Of a DNA stretch of 64,000 nucleotides, positions 1 through 10,275 are shown piece by piece. Positions within the stretch are counted from its first letter, which is position 1, and the number at the start of each line of letters is the position of its first letter. The DNA comes from Halomonas sp. UBA3074 (GTDB lineage: Bacteria > Pseudomonadota > Gammaproteobacteria > Pseudomonadales > Halomonadaceae), in NCBI GenBank assembly GCA_002366715.1, contig DFBS01000008.1, forward strand, positions 103,282-167,281, in the 5' to 3' direction. The notes beneath the pieces are model-generated. The model did not search any database. It saw only the letters and a program-made list of their open reading frames with translations, and was not told where the DNA came from. The position numbers and the translations under genes are program-made.

Positions 1-825
1 CACCACCGACTTCAGTACGGCGACATTGGCGCCACCGCCGCTCGCTTTCAATTTGCTGTCAATGGCCGTGGCAGCACGATCCAGGTCTTCCTTGGCTTTC
101 CCGAGTGCGCCGTGCCAATAGATTGGCCATGTGATTTCGGTACCAATATAGCTAAACGCGACGCTGCGCGCGCCTTTTGCCAGCACGCCGGCTTGGTCGA
201 GCGCTTCCATCCACAGCTCCCAATCCTCGCCACCCATGACGGTAATGGTGTCGTCGATCTCTTGCTGGGTGGCAGGCTCTACTTCCGCTTCGATAATCGC
301 ATCTTTATTGGTATCGATAGCCGTGGCACGGTAGGTTTCGCCAATTGGCTTCAGGCTGGAACGCTTCAGCTCACCGCTGTCGGGCAATTTACGCACGGGC
401 GAGGCCAGCGAGTAGACCACTAGATCGACTTCGCCCATGTCCTGTTTAATCAATTCAATGGCTTTTTCCCGCGCCTCGTGAGAGAACGCATCGCCGTTGA
501 TCGACTTGCTGTACAGCCCTTCCTGCTTGGCAAATTTATCGAAAGCGGCACTGTTATACCAACCGGCAGTACCTGGCTTTTTATCAGTGGCGGGCTTTTC
601 AAAGAACACGCCCAGCGTGTCAGCACCGTAGCCAAAGGCCGCGGTAATGCGCGCTGCCAGGCCATAACCGCTCGACGCCCCAATCACGAGTACTTTTTTC
701 GGGCCAGCCTGCTTATCCAAACCGCGGGCGCGCGTCGCTTCGATCTGTTCACGAACATTCTGCTCACAGCCAATGGGGTGAGTGGTGGTACAAATAAAGC
801 CGCGCACTTTGGGTTTAATAATCAC
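1..825 (-). CDS. fabV: enoyl-[acyl-carrier-protein] reductase FabV (NADH), first 275 codons; C-terminus lies beyond the left window edge
   Basis: Absent from the ORF track because it runs off the edge. Minus-strand translation from GTG (825-823) gives (M)[103 protein letters not shown]. This is collinear with Vibrio/Pseudomonas FabV as I recall it. Confidence 0.9.
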   Translation of the reverse strand, partial: MIIKPKVRGFICTTTHPIGCEQNVREQIEATRARGLDKQAGPKKVLVIGASSGYGLAARITAAFGYGADTLGVFFEKPATDKKPGTAGWYNSAAFDKFAKQEGLYSKSINGDAFSHEAREKAIELIKQDMGEVDLVVYSLASPVRKLPDSGELKRSSLKPIGETYRATAIDTNKDAIIEAEVEPATQQEIDDTITVMGGEDWELWMEALDQAGVLAKGARSVAFSYIGTEITWPIYWHGALGKAKEDLDRAATAIDSKLKASGGGANVAVLKSVV

Positions 826-1016
826 ATCGAACCTCGTTATCGGATTGATTGGGTGATCGACGTCGCCCTCTGCCCAGGCAACGTCATGACTCAGTGTGAC
901 TATTCTAGCTGTCTCCGTGCCTGATGTCCGCTCTTGCGCTATTGTGTGCCTTGAGATGCAGCCGCTTTAATGGCGGTAAGCACATAGGCCGTTAATGACA
1001 TCCAAAAGAGGCAATC

Positions 1017-1403
1017 ATGAATGCACAGCAGCTAGTAGATGAACGCGGCGATCTTTGGTTAGCGCTAGCCCCGCTGTGGCTTGACCGTGAACCCAGCGAA
1101 CGCGATTACGCGCACATGGTAGAGGTCGTGCAGCGTTACGATATGACCCTTAACGAACTTGAGTGGATGTTTCGCCTGGAGATGGCCCCAGTAATGTCTC
1201 GTCATCAGCTTTCCATCGCCAGTGAGTGGCGCCAATTCAATGACCGAAAGCTGATGCAGCAACTGGTTAATCACAACCTGCGTTTGAAGGGTTGGCGGCG
1301 TAAAAGCTGGGCACTTTTCTCAGGCTTGACCACCTTGATGGTTCGTCACCGCTGGAATGCCTTAATGAGCCGCGTCGCCATCGCCCGGGGGGAAAAAATT
1401 TAG
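1017..1403 (+). CDS. hypothetical protein (128 aa), no domain recognised with confidence
   Basis: Clean ORF in an otherwise empty interval with GC-rich codon usage. Its stop overlaps the convergent gpx stop by 4 nt. Confidence 0.5.
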   Translation: MNAQQLVDERGDLWLALAPLWLDREPSERDYAHMVEVVQRYDMTLNELEWMFRLEMAPVMSRHQLSIASEWRQFNDRKLMQQLVNHNLRLKGWRRKSWALFSGLTTLMVRHRWNALMSRVAIARGEKI

Positions 1404-1891
1404 GGGTAGGTTTGATCCAACGCCTGCTCTAATGCCAGGCGCAGCGGGCGGCCATGGTCGCGGGGACCAAAGCGGGCAATCACTTTTCCATCACGGCCTA
1501 TTAAGAACTTGGTGAAATTCCATTTTATTAATTGTGTTCTCATCACACCCGGCGCTTCACGCTTTAGCCAGCAAAACAGCGGATGTGCTTGGCTGCCATT
1601 GACGTTCACCTTCTCCATCAGCGGGAAGCTCACCCCAAACGTTTGCTCCCCAAACTGACAAAAAGCCTGCGCACTCTCGGGCGACTGGCGGCCAAACTGG
1701 TTACAGGGAAAACCCAGCACGGTAAAGCCACGATCCCGATAACGCTGATAAAGCGTTTCCAGCTCGCCTAATTGGGGGGTGAAGCCACACTGACTGGCCA
1801 CGTTGACTACCAACAGTACCTGACCACGCAGCGCACGCAGGTTGAACGGCAGCCCTTGATGGGTATAACAATCTTGGTCGTAAATTTGCAT
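1400..1891 (-). CDS. glutathione peroxidase (BtuE/GPx family, Cys type)
   Basis: Motifs LLVVNVASQCGFTPQ, GFPCNQFG and WNFTKFLIGRDGKV. Start placed at MQIYDQ (1891) by alignment to the BtuE N-terminus; the ORF is open up to 1933. Confidence 0.85.
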   Translation of the reverse strand: MQIYDQDCYTHQGLPFNLRALRGQVLLVVNVASQCGFTPQLGELETLYQRYRDRGFTVLGFPCNQFGRQSPESAQAFCQFGEQTFGVSFPLMEKVNVNGSQAHPLFCWLKREAPGVMRTQLIKWNFTKFLIGRDGKVIARFGPRDHGRPLRLALEQALDQTYP

Positions 1892-1949
1892 TACTCGGCC
1901 CCACAAAACCCCAAACGGCATAGCTAGCACCATGCCACGACTCGACTTT

Positions 1950-2567
1950 TTACACCAGCGGCCCAGCGACCACTCGTAGCGCCAGGGCGATCAGCAATAC
2001 CCCCGTGATGCGATTAATCCAGTGGGCGCGCTGCTGGAGCCACGGCAAGATGCGCGAGTGGGAAAGCAGGACAGCCACCAACACATACCAACCACCATCG
2101 ATAATCATGGCTGTCAGTACAATAATAGCCTTGGCCAGCGCGCTCATCTCTGGGGTGACAAACTGACTTAACAAAGCGACAAAAAACAGTATGAGCTTTG
2201 GGTTACCTAACGCGACCAGCACGCCCTCTTTGGCCGCTTGGCGCTGATGAGTGGTCACTACTGTTGGCTGTAAAGCGCTGGCTTTCCCAGCACGCAGTGC
2301 ATTAACACCTAGCCAAGCGAGATAAGCGGCCCCGCACCAAGTGATCAGTTGAAACAGCAGCGGAAAACCAGCGATCACCGCACCTAACCCCCACACCGTC
2401 AGTAGAGCATAAAACCCCACGCCAAAAGCATGAAAAAGGGCCGCGGTGACACCTACAATGCGCCCCCCGCCGAGGGTGTGCCGCAGCACCAGTGCCAAGC
2501 TGGGCCCGGGTGACATAGCGCCCATGGCACAAATCGCGGCAAGAGATAGCCACAGTGTCAACGGCAT
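1950..2567 (-). CDS. LysE/RhtB family amino-acid exporter
   Basis: 205 aa with about 6 TM segments. N-terminal GAMSPGPSLALVL motif and the size are typical of LysE-type translocators. Confidence 0.8.
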   Translation of the reverse strand: MPLTLWLSLAAICAMGAMSPGPSLALVLRHTLGGGRIVGVTAALFHAFGVGFYALLTVWGLGAVIAGFPLLFQLITWCGAAYLAWLGVNALRAGKASALQPTVVTTHQRQAAKEGVLVALGNPKLILFFVALLSQFVTPEMSALAKAIIVLTAMIIDGGWYVLVAVLLSHSRILPWLQQRAHWINRITGVLLIALALRVVAGPLV

Positions 2568-2736
2568 GCTGGTTTCTCCTTCAGAATTATCACGCTATGA
2601 AGTAAAAGCGCCAGTATACGCTAAGCCAAGCAACACTTCGGTTGGCGTCTTAAATAACGCTGTTAGCATGGTACGCTGTTGGGTAAAATTTACTCCTTTG
2701 AAAATACCCGCCCCGCCGCTCAATGCGCGGGGCACA

Positions 2737-2790
2737 TAGAAAACATAGATCTAGAAAACATGGGTCTAAAAACATAGCTCTAGAAAACAT
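2737..2790 (+). repeat. four direct copies of TAGAAAACAT (third copy TAAAAACAT) spaced 15/15/14 bp, ending 11 bp before the yebC-family start codon
   Basis: Read directly. Copies start at 2737, 2752, 2767 and 2781, with variable 5-nt linkers AGATC/GGGTC/AGCTC. Confidence 0.85.
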
Positions 2791-2801
2791 AGGACGGCAA
2801 C

Positions 2802-3536
2802 ATGGGCAGGGCTTTTCAGAACCGTAAGGAATCCATGGCCAAAACGGCCGACGCAAAGACCAAGGTCTACAGCAAATACGGGCGCGAAATTTACGTGTGC
2901 GCCAAGGCGGGCGGTACCGACCCGAATGGTAACCTGGCGTTACGCGGTTTAATGGAGCGGGCCAAGAAGGATCAAGTGCCCTCTCACGTGATTGATAAAG
3001 CACTCGATAAAGCCAGCGGCGCCGGTGGTGAAGATTTTTCTGCTGCTCGTTACGAAGGTTTTGGCCCCGGTAATGTGATGGTGATCGTCGACTGTCTTAC
3101 CGACAACCCCAACCGCACCTTTGGCGATGTACGTGGCTGCTTTACCAAAACCAAGAGCAAGATCGGCACGCCTGGCAGCGTGAGCCACATGTTTGACCAC
3201 TGTGCCATCTTTGCCTTTGCCGGAAGCGATGAAGACGCCGTGCTGGAAGCGCTAATGGAAGCCGATGTCGATGTCACCGACATTGAGCAAGAAGGCGAAC
3301 GTATCACCGTTTTCGCCCCGCATACGGACTACGCAAAAGCCAAGCAAGCGCTGCTGGATGCATTCGGCGAGGTTGACTTTGAGGTTGACGAGATTCAGTT
3401 TCTGCCGCAAACCACGACACCGGTTGAAGGCGATGACGTGGCAATGTTTGAAAAATTCCTGGGCATGCTCAACGAACTGGACGACGTGCAAAACGTTTAT
3501 CACAGTGGCGAGCTGCCCGACGACCACCAGGGCTAA
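2802..3536 (+). CDS. YebC/PmpR family DNA-binding transcriptional regulator
   Basis: [39 protein letters not shown] and 244 aa length are characteristic of the YebC/YeeN family. Confidence 0.9.
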   Translation: MGRAFQNRKESMAKTADAKTKVYSKYGREIYVCAKAGGTDPNGNLALRGLMERAKKDQVPSHVIDKALDKASGAGGEDFSAARYEGFGPGNVMVIVDCLTDNPNRTFGDVRGCFTKTKSKIGTPGSVSHMFDHCAIFAFAGSDEDAVLEALMEADVDVTDIEQEGERITVFAPHTDYAKAKQALLDAFGEVDFEVDEIQFLPQTTTPVEGDDVAMFEKFLGMLNELDDVQNVYHSGELPDDHQG

Positions 3537-4384
3537 CCAACTCCTCTCGATGAAGCAGACCCCACCGCGTTGCGGGTATCCAAGGCCGCATCCGGTGGCA
3601 GCATCGCTGACGGCACCCCGGAGGCACTCAGCACTTGTTTACCGCGTAAAGTGAGGTCGGTAATAAACAGGAACTGCTGGCGAGGGTCCACCGGGTAGGC
3701 GCGGATACGGTAATGGGTACCCCACGGTTTCTCTTCGGCGACCACCACGATCGGCTTATCGAACGTTAGATATGCGCTGGTAAGCGCCACATCGCGCAAC
3801 GCTTTACGTACCCAGCCTGCCTCGTGCTCAGGGTGAAGGTAAAAGCTCGCCACGCACTGCAGGCTGGTACCGCCGTTATTGGCGTTGTAGACAGCGTGAT
3901 CCCACAGCTTTAGGTGCGGCACATAGACCAAGTCATCGTCAGGGGTTTGGATGTCGACGGTGCGTAAGCCAACGTGTTTGACCTCGCCATAAGTGTCTTC
4001 AATTTGCACCCAGTCGCCGGGCCGATAAGGCAGCTCTACCGCTGAAACGACGCCTGCTATCAGGCTGCTGACATAATCTTTCATGGCAAAGCCAATGGCT
4101 AGGCCCAACGCCCCCATCACGGTCACCATGTTGCGCAGCGACGGTTCGATAATCGTCGGCACGATGATAGCGAGCGCCGTAATCAATATCAGCAAGCGCG
4201 TCATTGGTACCATGGCAAAAATACGAAAGCGTACTTGGCCATGCATCCGGTTGCCGACCCAGTTCAGCAGCCGCTGGCTAACAATAATCAGCACAATAGC
4301 CGATAGCAGCACGATGCCCAACGTGATCAGCGCTTGGCTATCGATATCGTTAAACAGGCGCTCGTACTTCTGTTCTTCTTCCAT
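3533..4384 (-). CDS. mechanosensitive ion channel family protein (MscS-like)
   Basis: Three N-terminal TM segments, then a beta-domain motif [39 protein letters not shown]. Its stop overlaps the convergent yebC-family stop. Confidence 0.8.
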   Translation of the reverse strand: MEEEQKYERLFNDIDSQALITLGIVLLSAIVLIIVSQRLLNWVGNRMHGQVRFRIFAMVPMTRLLILITALAIIVPTIIEPSLRNMVTVMGALGLAIGFAMKDYVSSLIAGVVSAVELPYRPGDWVQIEDTYGEVKHVGLRTVDIQTPDDDLVYVPHLKLWDHAVYNANNGGTSLQCVASFYLHPEHEAGWVRKALRDVALTSAYLTFDKPIVVVAEEKPWGTHYRIRAYPVDPRQQFLFITDLTLRGKQVLSASGVPSAMLPPDAALDTRNAVGSASSRGVG

Positions 4385-4424
4385 GGGTTGCCCTCCGCAG
4401 GCCTGTCAGTTTTACCGTCGCTGC

Positions 4425-5573
4425 CTAAAGAGGATCGACCAGATAATTACGCGATTCCAATAACTGCCGCACATTCGCGTAGCTCAGTGGTGCCACCTGC
4501 CAGCGCCCTTCATAACTCGAGACAATGCCTTTACGCTGCAACGCTAAACGGGCATTCAGCGCTTCATGGTGTGAAAACGGCAATACTTCGCCCAGCGAGT
4601 GGTCATCCAGGCCGCCATGAATTAACAATGCATGCAGCACTAGCGTGGCAATATCGCCGGTATCGGCGGCAAGCTCCGCCTCGGCCAGCGCATCCACCAT
4701 CCATAAGCCCTCTTCTTCACTCTCTGTTGGCTCACGCAAACGCTCGCGCCAATAATGCCACGCAAGGCCGATATGCCCGCGGCAATGCGCCGCTAAGCGC
4801 TGGAGTTCTTTGTAAGGGGCTTTTTCGTTGCGCTTGGTTTCAGCATCAGGCAAAAGCTGCCTACCGGATCGCGTACTGTAGACCGCGGGCGGCTGACCAC
4901 CATGGCCTGCTATCATCGCAAAATAGCGCGACAACTGCTCACCTTCCATGGATTGAAGCGTAAATGCCGGTGCGCCATCAAGACCCATCACCCGCTGAAG
5001 GAAGGCGTAGGTCCAGCTGTCACAGCCAATCACCCCTTTTCCCAGACGGCCACTTAAAGCGCGCTCAAGAAACTCACGGATTCCCTGAATACCCTGGGTG
5101 TGGCGTAAAAAGCAACGCTCCAGAGCCGGCACTGCCCATTCCCGATGATGGGCACACTGCTCTACCCACTCAGTGCCACCCGCGGCAAGCTCGCTAAGCG
5201 AAGGTGTCGGTACACAAGCGATGTTGTGCTTCTCCGCCCACTGCCTAACCACTGCCACATGGCCGCTGTAAGGTGTGGTAATAAAGAAGGTAACCGGCGC
5301 GTCTTGGCCATCAAGCTCGAGGGCTAACGCGCTTGCGGCGGGCGCCCAATCGATAGGTGGCACTAAATGCGCCAACCTAACCTCAGGCAACCTGCGTAGC
5401 TCGCTCTCACCCTTTACCTGATGCTCAGCGTCCGATTTACCCCCCAGCCACGACGAAACCGAGCGTAACGAACGCCGCCACTGGCTTGCCTGGGTCTTCT
5501 CGGGGGTATGGAATTGATCCAGCTCGACAACTTTCCACAATGGCGTATCGGCCGATGAGGACGGCTCGTCCAT
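4425..5573 (-). CDS. hypothetical protein (382 aa) with no recognisable catalytic motif
   Basis: Long ORF with GC-rich codon usage. Start placed at ATG 5573 (AGGGGA 6 nt upstream); the track's GTG at 5606 is possible. No Walker A or other hallmark seen. Confidence 0.55.
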   Translation of the reverse strand: MDEPSSSADTPLWKVVELDQFHTPEKTQASQWRRSLRSVSSWLGGKSDAEHQVKGESELRRLPEVRLAHLVPPIDWAPAASALALELDGQDAPVTFFITTPYSGHVAVVRQWAEKHNIACVPTPSLSELAAGGTEWVEQCAHHREWAVPALERCFLRHTQGIQGIREFLERALSGRLGKGVIGCDSWTYAFLQRVMGLDGAPAFTLQSMEGEQLSRYFAMIAGHGGQPPAVYSTRSGRQLLPDAETKRNEKAPYKELQRLAAHCRGHIGLAWHYWRERLREPTESEEEGLWMVDALAEAELAADTGDIATLVLHALLIHGGLDDHSLGEVLPFSHHEALNARLALQRKGIVSSYEGRWQVAPLSYANVRQLLESRNYLVDPL

Positions 5574-5723
5574 GACGTTTCCCCTATGTCTTACGTTAAG
5601 CCCCACTTTAGCACGGCGCTCCTAGCGTCTACGCTTAAAGACGAACTTATCGTCTAAAATAAAGTCTTTATAGACAGTCGGTAGCGCACATAAAGGACTA
5701 TGATTTTAGTAAAGGAGAAAGCC

Positions 5724-5990
5724 ATGAGTGTCGTTCATGTGAGTGAAGAACAGCTACACGAGAAGTTAGAGAAATGCATCGCCGGGGAACGCTTACTGAT
5801 TGAACATGAGGGAAGCCGCTTCAGCGCCAGAATCCAACATGTCGGTTTGTTTGGCGTAAAAGTGATTCCGGAAACAGAGATTAAAAATAGCCACCGCACT
5901 CCAGGCGATGTAGAAGGCGTTACCGTGCCTTATGAAGAGATTCTGGAGCTCGAAGTGAAAGGGGTCGTCTACAGCCGCCTACCCGATTGA
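5724..5990 (+). CDS. hypothetical small protein (88 aa)
   Basis: AAGGAG lies 6 nt upstream of ATG 5724, inside the track ORF that starts at 5700. Divergent from the 4425-5573 gene. Confidence 0.5.
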   Translation: MSVVHVSEEQLHEKLEKCIAGERLLIEHEGSRFSARIQHVGLFGVKVIPETEIKNSHRTPGDVEGVTVPYEEILELEVKGVVYSRLPD

Positions 5991-6068
5991 TAGGGCGTAA
6001 GCGTGCACGCCTACAGGGCGTGCACGCTTGACGGCTCAGTAGTAATGAAAATCACAAAGCCAGCTGAC

Positions 6069-7076
6069 TTAAAATGTCAGGCAAATCTTGCCGAAGTGCT
6101 GACCCGACTCCTGATGGCGAAATGCATCGGCAATCCCATCGAGCGGAAACTCGCGATCAATCACAGGATGCATATCGAACGTTTCCAGCGCACGAATCAT
6201 CTCGATTTGATCGCGACGACTGCCGACAATCAACCCCTTCAGGCTCGCCTGTTTAGCCATCAGTTTGGCTGTTGGGATATCGCCTTCACGGCCGGTCAGC
6301 ACGCCGATTAACGCAATGTGCCCGCCGATTTTCACAGCGTCGATGGATTGTGGCAACGTACCCGGGCCACCCACTTCTACCACGTGATCAACGCCTTCGC
6401 CGTTGGTCAGCTCTTGCACGCGCTTACCCCAATCGGGCGTCTCTTTGTAGTTGATGGTGTGTTCAGCGCCCATCTCACGCAGCCGCGCCAGCTTTTCATT
6501 AGAGGATGACGTCGCAATCACGCGGGCACCCATTAGGCGGGCAAACTGCAGCGCAAAAATGGAAACCCCACCCGTGCCTAACACCAGTACGCTATCGCCT
6601 GCTTTAATCCCACCGTCGACGACCAATGCCCGCCAAGCGGTCAGTCCCGCCGTGGTTAACGTGGCCGATTCAGCGTGGCTGTAGCCCTTGGGCTGATGGG
6701 TAAACCACTCCGCCGGGCGGACCACTTGCTCGCGCGCGTAACCATCGACACCGTCGCCCGGCGTGGTACGAAAGTCACCGACTCTGGCCGGGCCTTCCAG
6801 CCAGTGCGGAAAGAAAGTAGAGACGACATGGTCGCCCACAGTAAATTCATTCACGTCTGCACCGACCGCCTCAACCACGCCTGCCCCATCAGACATGGGG
6901 ATACGCTGGTCGTCCGTCGGAATCATGCCGGCGACCACGGCGTAATCGTGAAAATTAAGTGAGCTGGCGTGCAGGCGTACTTTAATTTCACCGGGCCCTG
7001 GTTCAGCGGGTCCCGTCACTTCAACGACTTCCAGCTTGTCTAAACCGCCGGGTTGGTTAAGCTTGATGGCTTTCAT
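6069..7076 (-). CDS. NAD(P)-dependent zinc-type alcohol dehydrogenase / quinone oxidoreductase (MDR superfamily)
   Basis: MKAIKL..GPGEIKVRLHASSLNFHD N-terminus and nucleotide-binding VLVLGTGGVSIFALQFARLMGARV. GGAGG lies 5 nt upstream of ATG 7076. Confidence 0.85.
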   Translation of the reverse strand: MKAIKLNQPGGLDKLEVVEVTGPAEPGPGEIKVRLHASSLNFHDYAVVAGMIPTDDQRIPMSDGAGVVEAVGADVNEFTVGDHVVSTFFPHWLEGPARVGDFRTTPGDGVDGYAREQVVRPAEWFTHQPKGYSHAESATLTTAGLTAWRALVVDGGIKAGDSVLVLGTGGVSIFALQFARLMGARVIATSSSNEKLARLREMGAEHTINYKETPDWGKRVQELTNGEGVDHVVEVGGPGTLPQSIDAVKIGGHIALIGVLTGREGDIPTAKLMAKQASLKGLIVGSRRDQIEMIRALETFDMHPVIDREFPLDGIADAFRHQESGQHFGKICLTF

Positions 7077-7109
7077 CGCTACCTCCATGTGTAAGGGTGG
7101 GAATACTAG

Positions 7110-8999
7110 CTAGGGGTTGGGGCTGATGTCGTTAACATCAAGCCCAAGGAATCCACCGGATTGGCGCTGCCATAGGCTGGCATAAATTCCCCCTTTCGCC
7201 AGTAGCTCTTGGTGAGTGCCGGTTTCAACGATACGGCCTTCATCCACCACAATCAGTCGATCGAGCATGGCAATGGTAGATAGACGATGCGCGATGGCAA
7301 TCACTGTCTTACCTTCCATCAAGGTATCCAACTGCTCCTGAATAGCGGCTTCCACTTCCGAATCCAGCGCCGAGGTGGCTTCATCCAAGACCAGGATGGG
7401 CGCATTTTTTAACAGTACCCGGGCAATGGCGATCCGCTGGCGCTGACCACCAGAAAGCTTGACGCCGCGCTCACCCACGTGGGCATCCAACCCTCTACGC
7501 CCTTTCGGGTCGACCAGCTCATTGATAAAGGTATCTGCGTGCGCCCGACAGACGGCGTTCCAAACGTCTTCTTCGCTAGCATGAGGGCTACCGTAACGGA
7601 TATTGTCGCGCAGCGAACGGTGAAGTAGCGACGTATCCTGGGTCACCATGCCAATCTGGTGGCGTAAGGAGGTTTGCGTTACCTCGGCAATGTTTTGCCC
7701 ATCGATGAGGATTCGCCCGCCCTGCACGTCATAAAAACGCAGCAATAGGTTAGCCAGCGTCGATTTACCCGCCCCAGAGCGCCCGATCAAACCAATTTTT
7801 TCACCTGGGGCGATCGTCAGGTTCAAGCCATCGAACACGGTTTTGCTCTCGCCTTTTGCCTGCGCATAGCCAAAACGCATGGCGTCAAAACGAATTTCGC
7901 CCTGGGGCACTTTCAGCGGCGGCGCATTGGGTGCGTCGCGCACCGTGGGCTCCTGGGCGATGGTGTTCATGCCATCCTGCACGGTGCCGATATTCTCAAA
8001 CAGCCCCGCCACTTCCCATAAAATCCAGTCAGACATAAAGCGAATACGCATCACGAGCGCAATCGCAATCGTCAGCACCCCTAGCGAAATCGCCTCCATG
8101 TACCAGGCGCTAATCGCCATGGCCGCCGTGCCCACCAACAATGCCGTATTAAGCAGTGTCAGCCCCACACTCATAATCGTCACCAGCCGCATCTGGCGGT
8201 GTACGGTAACCATAAAACCTTCCATGGCATCACGGGCATAGCGCTGCTCGCGTTCAGTGTCGGCAAACAGCTTGATGGTTTGAATGTTGCTATAGCTATC
8301 CACCACACGGCCGGTCATTTGCGCGCGGGCATCCGCCTGGGCCATGGAAACATCGCGCAGCCTTGGCACGAAAAAGCGCATAATCGCCAGGTAGCCCACT
8401 AACCAGATCCCCAGCGGAATCAACAGCAATAGATCCGCCCGACCCAGCAGAAAAGCCGCCCCGGTGAAGTAGACAATCGCGTAGACCAACAGCCCCATCA
8501 CCTTAGTGACGGTTTCGCGGATCGCCAGCGCCGTTTGCATCACTTTTTGCGACACCCGCCCGGCAAACTCATCCTGATAAAAGGCCAGGCTTTGGCTCAA
8601 CATATGCCGATGCGATAACCAGCGGCCAATCATGGGGTAGTTACCAAAAATGCTTTGATGGGTCACCAGCGACTGCAACAGCACCAACAGCGGCAGGCCG
8701 ATCAGTGTCAATAGTCCCAACGCTGACAGCCAAAGCCCGTTTTCAGCCCAAAAGCCGGCCCGTTCAACGCTGCCCAGCCAATCAACCAGTTGGCCCATAT
8801 AGCTGAAAAACACCACTTCCGCCGCCGACACCAGCGCCGTGAATAGCGTCATTAACAGCAACAGCGGCAGCATGGGACGGGAAAAGTGCACAATAAAAGG
8901 CATTAAGCCTTTAGGCGGCGTTTCGACCTTGCCTTCTGGATAAGGATTGATCCGCGTTTCGAAATAACGAAAAAGCGGCTGTAAAACGCGCGATAGCAT
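7110..8999 (-). CDS. ABC transporter, fused permease/ATP-binding protein (exporter type, MsbA-like)
   Basis: Six-TM N-terminal half. Walker A GRSGAGKST, signature LSGGQRQRIAIARVL, Walker B ILVLDEATSALD. Confidence 0.9.
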   Translation of the reverse strand: MLSRVLQPLFRYFETRINPYPEGKVETPPKGLMPFIVHFSRPMLPLLLLMTLFTALVSAAEVVFFSYMGQLVDWLGSVERAGFWAENGLWLSALGLLTLIGLPLLVLLQSLVTHQSIFGNYPMIGRWLSHRHMLSQSLAFYQDEFAGRVSQKVMQTALAIRETVTKVMGLLVYAIVYFTGAAFLLGRADLLLLIPLGIWLVGYLAIMRFFVPRLRDVSMAQADARAQMTGRVVDSYSNIQTIKLFADTEREQRYARDAMEGFMVTVHRQMRLVTIMSVGLTLLNTALLVGTAAMAISAWYMEAISLGVLTIAIALVMRIRFMSDWILWEVAGLFENIGTVQDGMNTIAQEPTVRDAPNAPPLKVPQGEIRFDAMRFGYAQAKGESKTVFDGLNLTIAPGEKIGLIGRSGAGKSTLANLLLRFYDVQGGRILIDGQNIAEVTQTSLRHQIGMVTQDTSLLHRSLRDNIRYGSPHASEEDVWNAVCRAHADTFINELVDPKGRRGLDAHVGERGVKLSGGQRQRIAIARVLLKNAPILVLDEATSALDSEVEAAIQEQLDTLMEGKTVIAIAHRLSTIAMLDRLIVVDEGRIVETGTHQELLAKGGIYASLWQRQSGGFLGLDVNDISPNP

Positions 9000-9028
9000 G
9001 AGATTTCCTTGCGTGACTGGCGTTGGTG

Positions 9029-10099
9029 TTAACGGTCTTTAGGGTAGTGTTGATGAGAAGGGGTGTGGCGCAATAACCATCGTGCCCAAAATGGCGCAAC
9101 GATCATCAGTGTGACCATGCGCAGCAAGTGGTGGAAAGCGACAAATACGGGATCAATATTGAGCGCTACGGCCAAAATAGCCATTTCGCCAATGCCGCCG
9201 GGTGCCAGCGCCAGCAGCGCAACGTCACGTCCCACCCCCAGCAGTTGGTGAATGAGTTCGGCAAACAGTGCCAGCACTACCAGCGCGAGTAGCGTTGCAA
9301 CGCCTGATTGCCATAAATAACGGCCCAATAATCGCCCCGTCATGCCCTGAAAGCGAGAGCCAATGGCACTGCCTAGCACCCAAAGCATTACGTTCATGCC
9401 CCACGCTGGCAAGGCAAGGCTGGCGATATCAAATCCCGACAATAACGCTGCCATCAACAGGGGGGCCAACAGGGCAGCGCTGGGAATGCGAAGCCAACGT
9501 CCCAGTGGCAGTAACAAGGGAATGAGTAACAGCATCCAACCGTGCTCCAAGCCATGGTGCACGGGGCCAATACTTTCGCCACCGCCTTCATAGACCCAAA
9601 ACAGCGGCGGTAAAAATAAAATGACTAAGATAATACGCAGCGACTGCGCAACCGCAATGCGCTGTGGGTCGCCACCGCACTTTTCACCCAGCAGGATCAT
9701 CGCCGTCATGGCACCTGGCGAAGCCCCAAACCAGGCACTGACCGGGTCAAAACCACAACGCCGGTACCACGCTGCGGCGGCGGCGGTGGAAGCAGCTACC
9801 CCGAGCAGCAATAAGGCTGCAGAAATAGGCCAATCCAGCACTCGGTGTGCCAGCTGAGGCGTCACCTGGCTCCCCAGCACCATGCCCATCACCGCTAAAA
9901 ACACATTACGCAGCGGCTCAGGCACCGCCACTTTAATGCCTTTTGACGAGACCAGTAGGTTGGCAATAAGAGGGCCCAGCATCCAGGCAAGGGGCAAACC
10001 GGTGAGGTGAAACAGCGTACCGCCCACGGCTCCTACCGTTAGCGACGTAGCCAACGGCGTTGCACTCCCTGGCGAAACTCCCTTAATGCTGCCCCTCAC
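9029..10099 (-). CDS. AbrB-family (duplicated AbrB membrane domain) inner-membrane protein
   Basis: 356 aa, highly hydrophobic, internally duplicated. The N-terminal GG.LF...G.P..WMLGP motif recurs in the second half (LALAPGG.GEM). Confidence 0.7.
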   Translation of the reverse strand: MRGSIKGVSPGSATPLATSLTVGAVGGTLFHLTGLPLAWMLGPLIANLLVSSKGIKVAVPEPLRNVFLAVMGMVLGSQVTPQLAHRVLDWPISAALLLLGVAASTAAAAAWYRRCGFDPVSAWFGASPGAMTAMILLGEKCGGDPQRIAVAQSLRIILVILFLPPLFWVYEGGGESIGPVHHGLEHGWMLLLIPLLLPLGRWLRIPSAALLAPLLMAALLSGFDIASLALPAWGMNVMLWVLGSAIGSRFQGMTGRLLGRYLWQSGVATLLALVVLALFAELIHQLLGVGRDVALLALAPGGIGEMAILAVALNIDPVFVAFHHLLRMVTLMIVAPFWARWLLRHTPSHQHYPKDR

Positions 10100-10275
10100 A
10101 CCCGCTCCTTAACTTGGCACTTGATCTCAGCACCTAATCTAAGCGCTTAATCTTGGTTCTCCAGCTAGCCATGCTTTGTGCAGTAGGGCTGCCACCAAGC
10201 GTACGGCGTAAGAGCTGAGATAATTAACACGCTAAGAATATCGCGCTACACGCCTCAAGGCTATCCATGGTGCGG

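Noticed and set aside
3533-3536. Overlapping stop codons of the convergent yebC-family and MscS-family genes, with no terminator between them.
   Set aside because: The overlap is real but commonplace in compact genomes. The sequence gives no evidence of antisense regulation.
10115-10132. TGGCAC-TTGAT-CTCAG on the plus strand, resembling a sigma-54 -24 element.
   Set aside because: The -12 position lacks the TTGC/GC dinucleotide, and no plus-strand gene follows it. The flanking genes are both on the minus strand.
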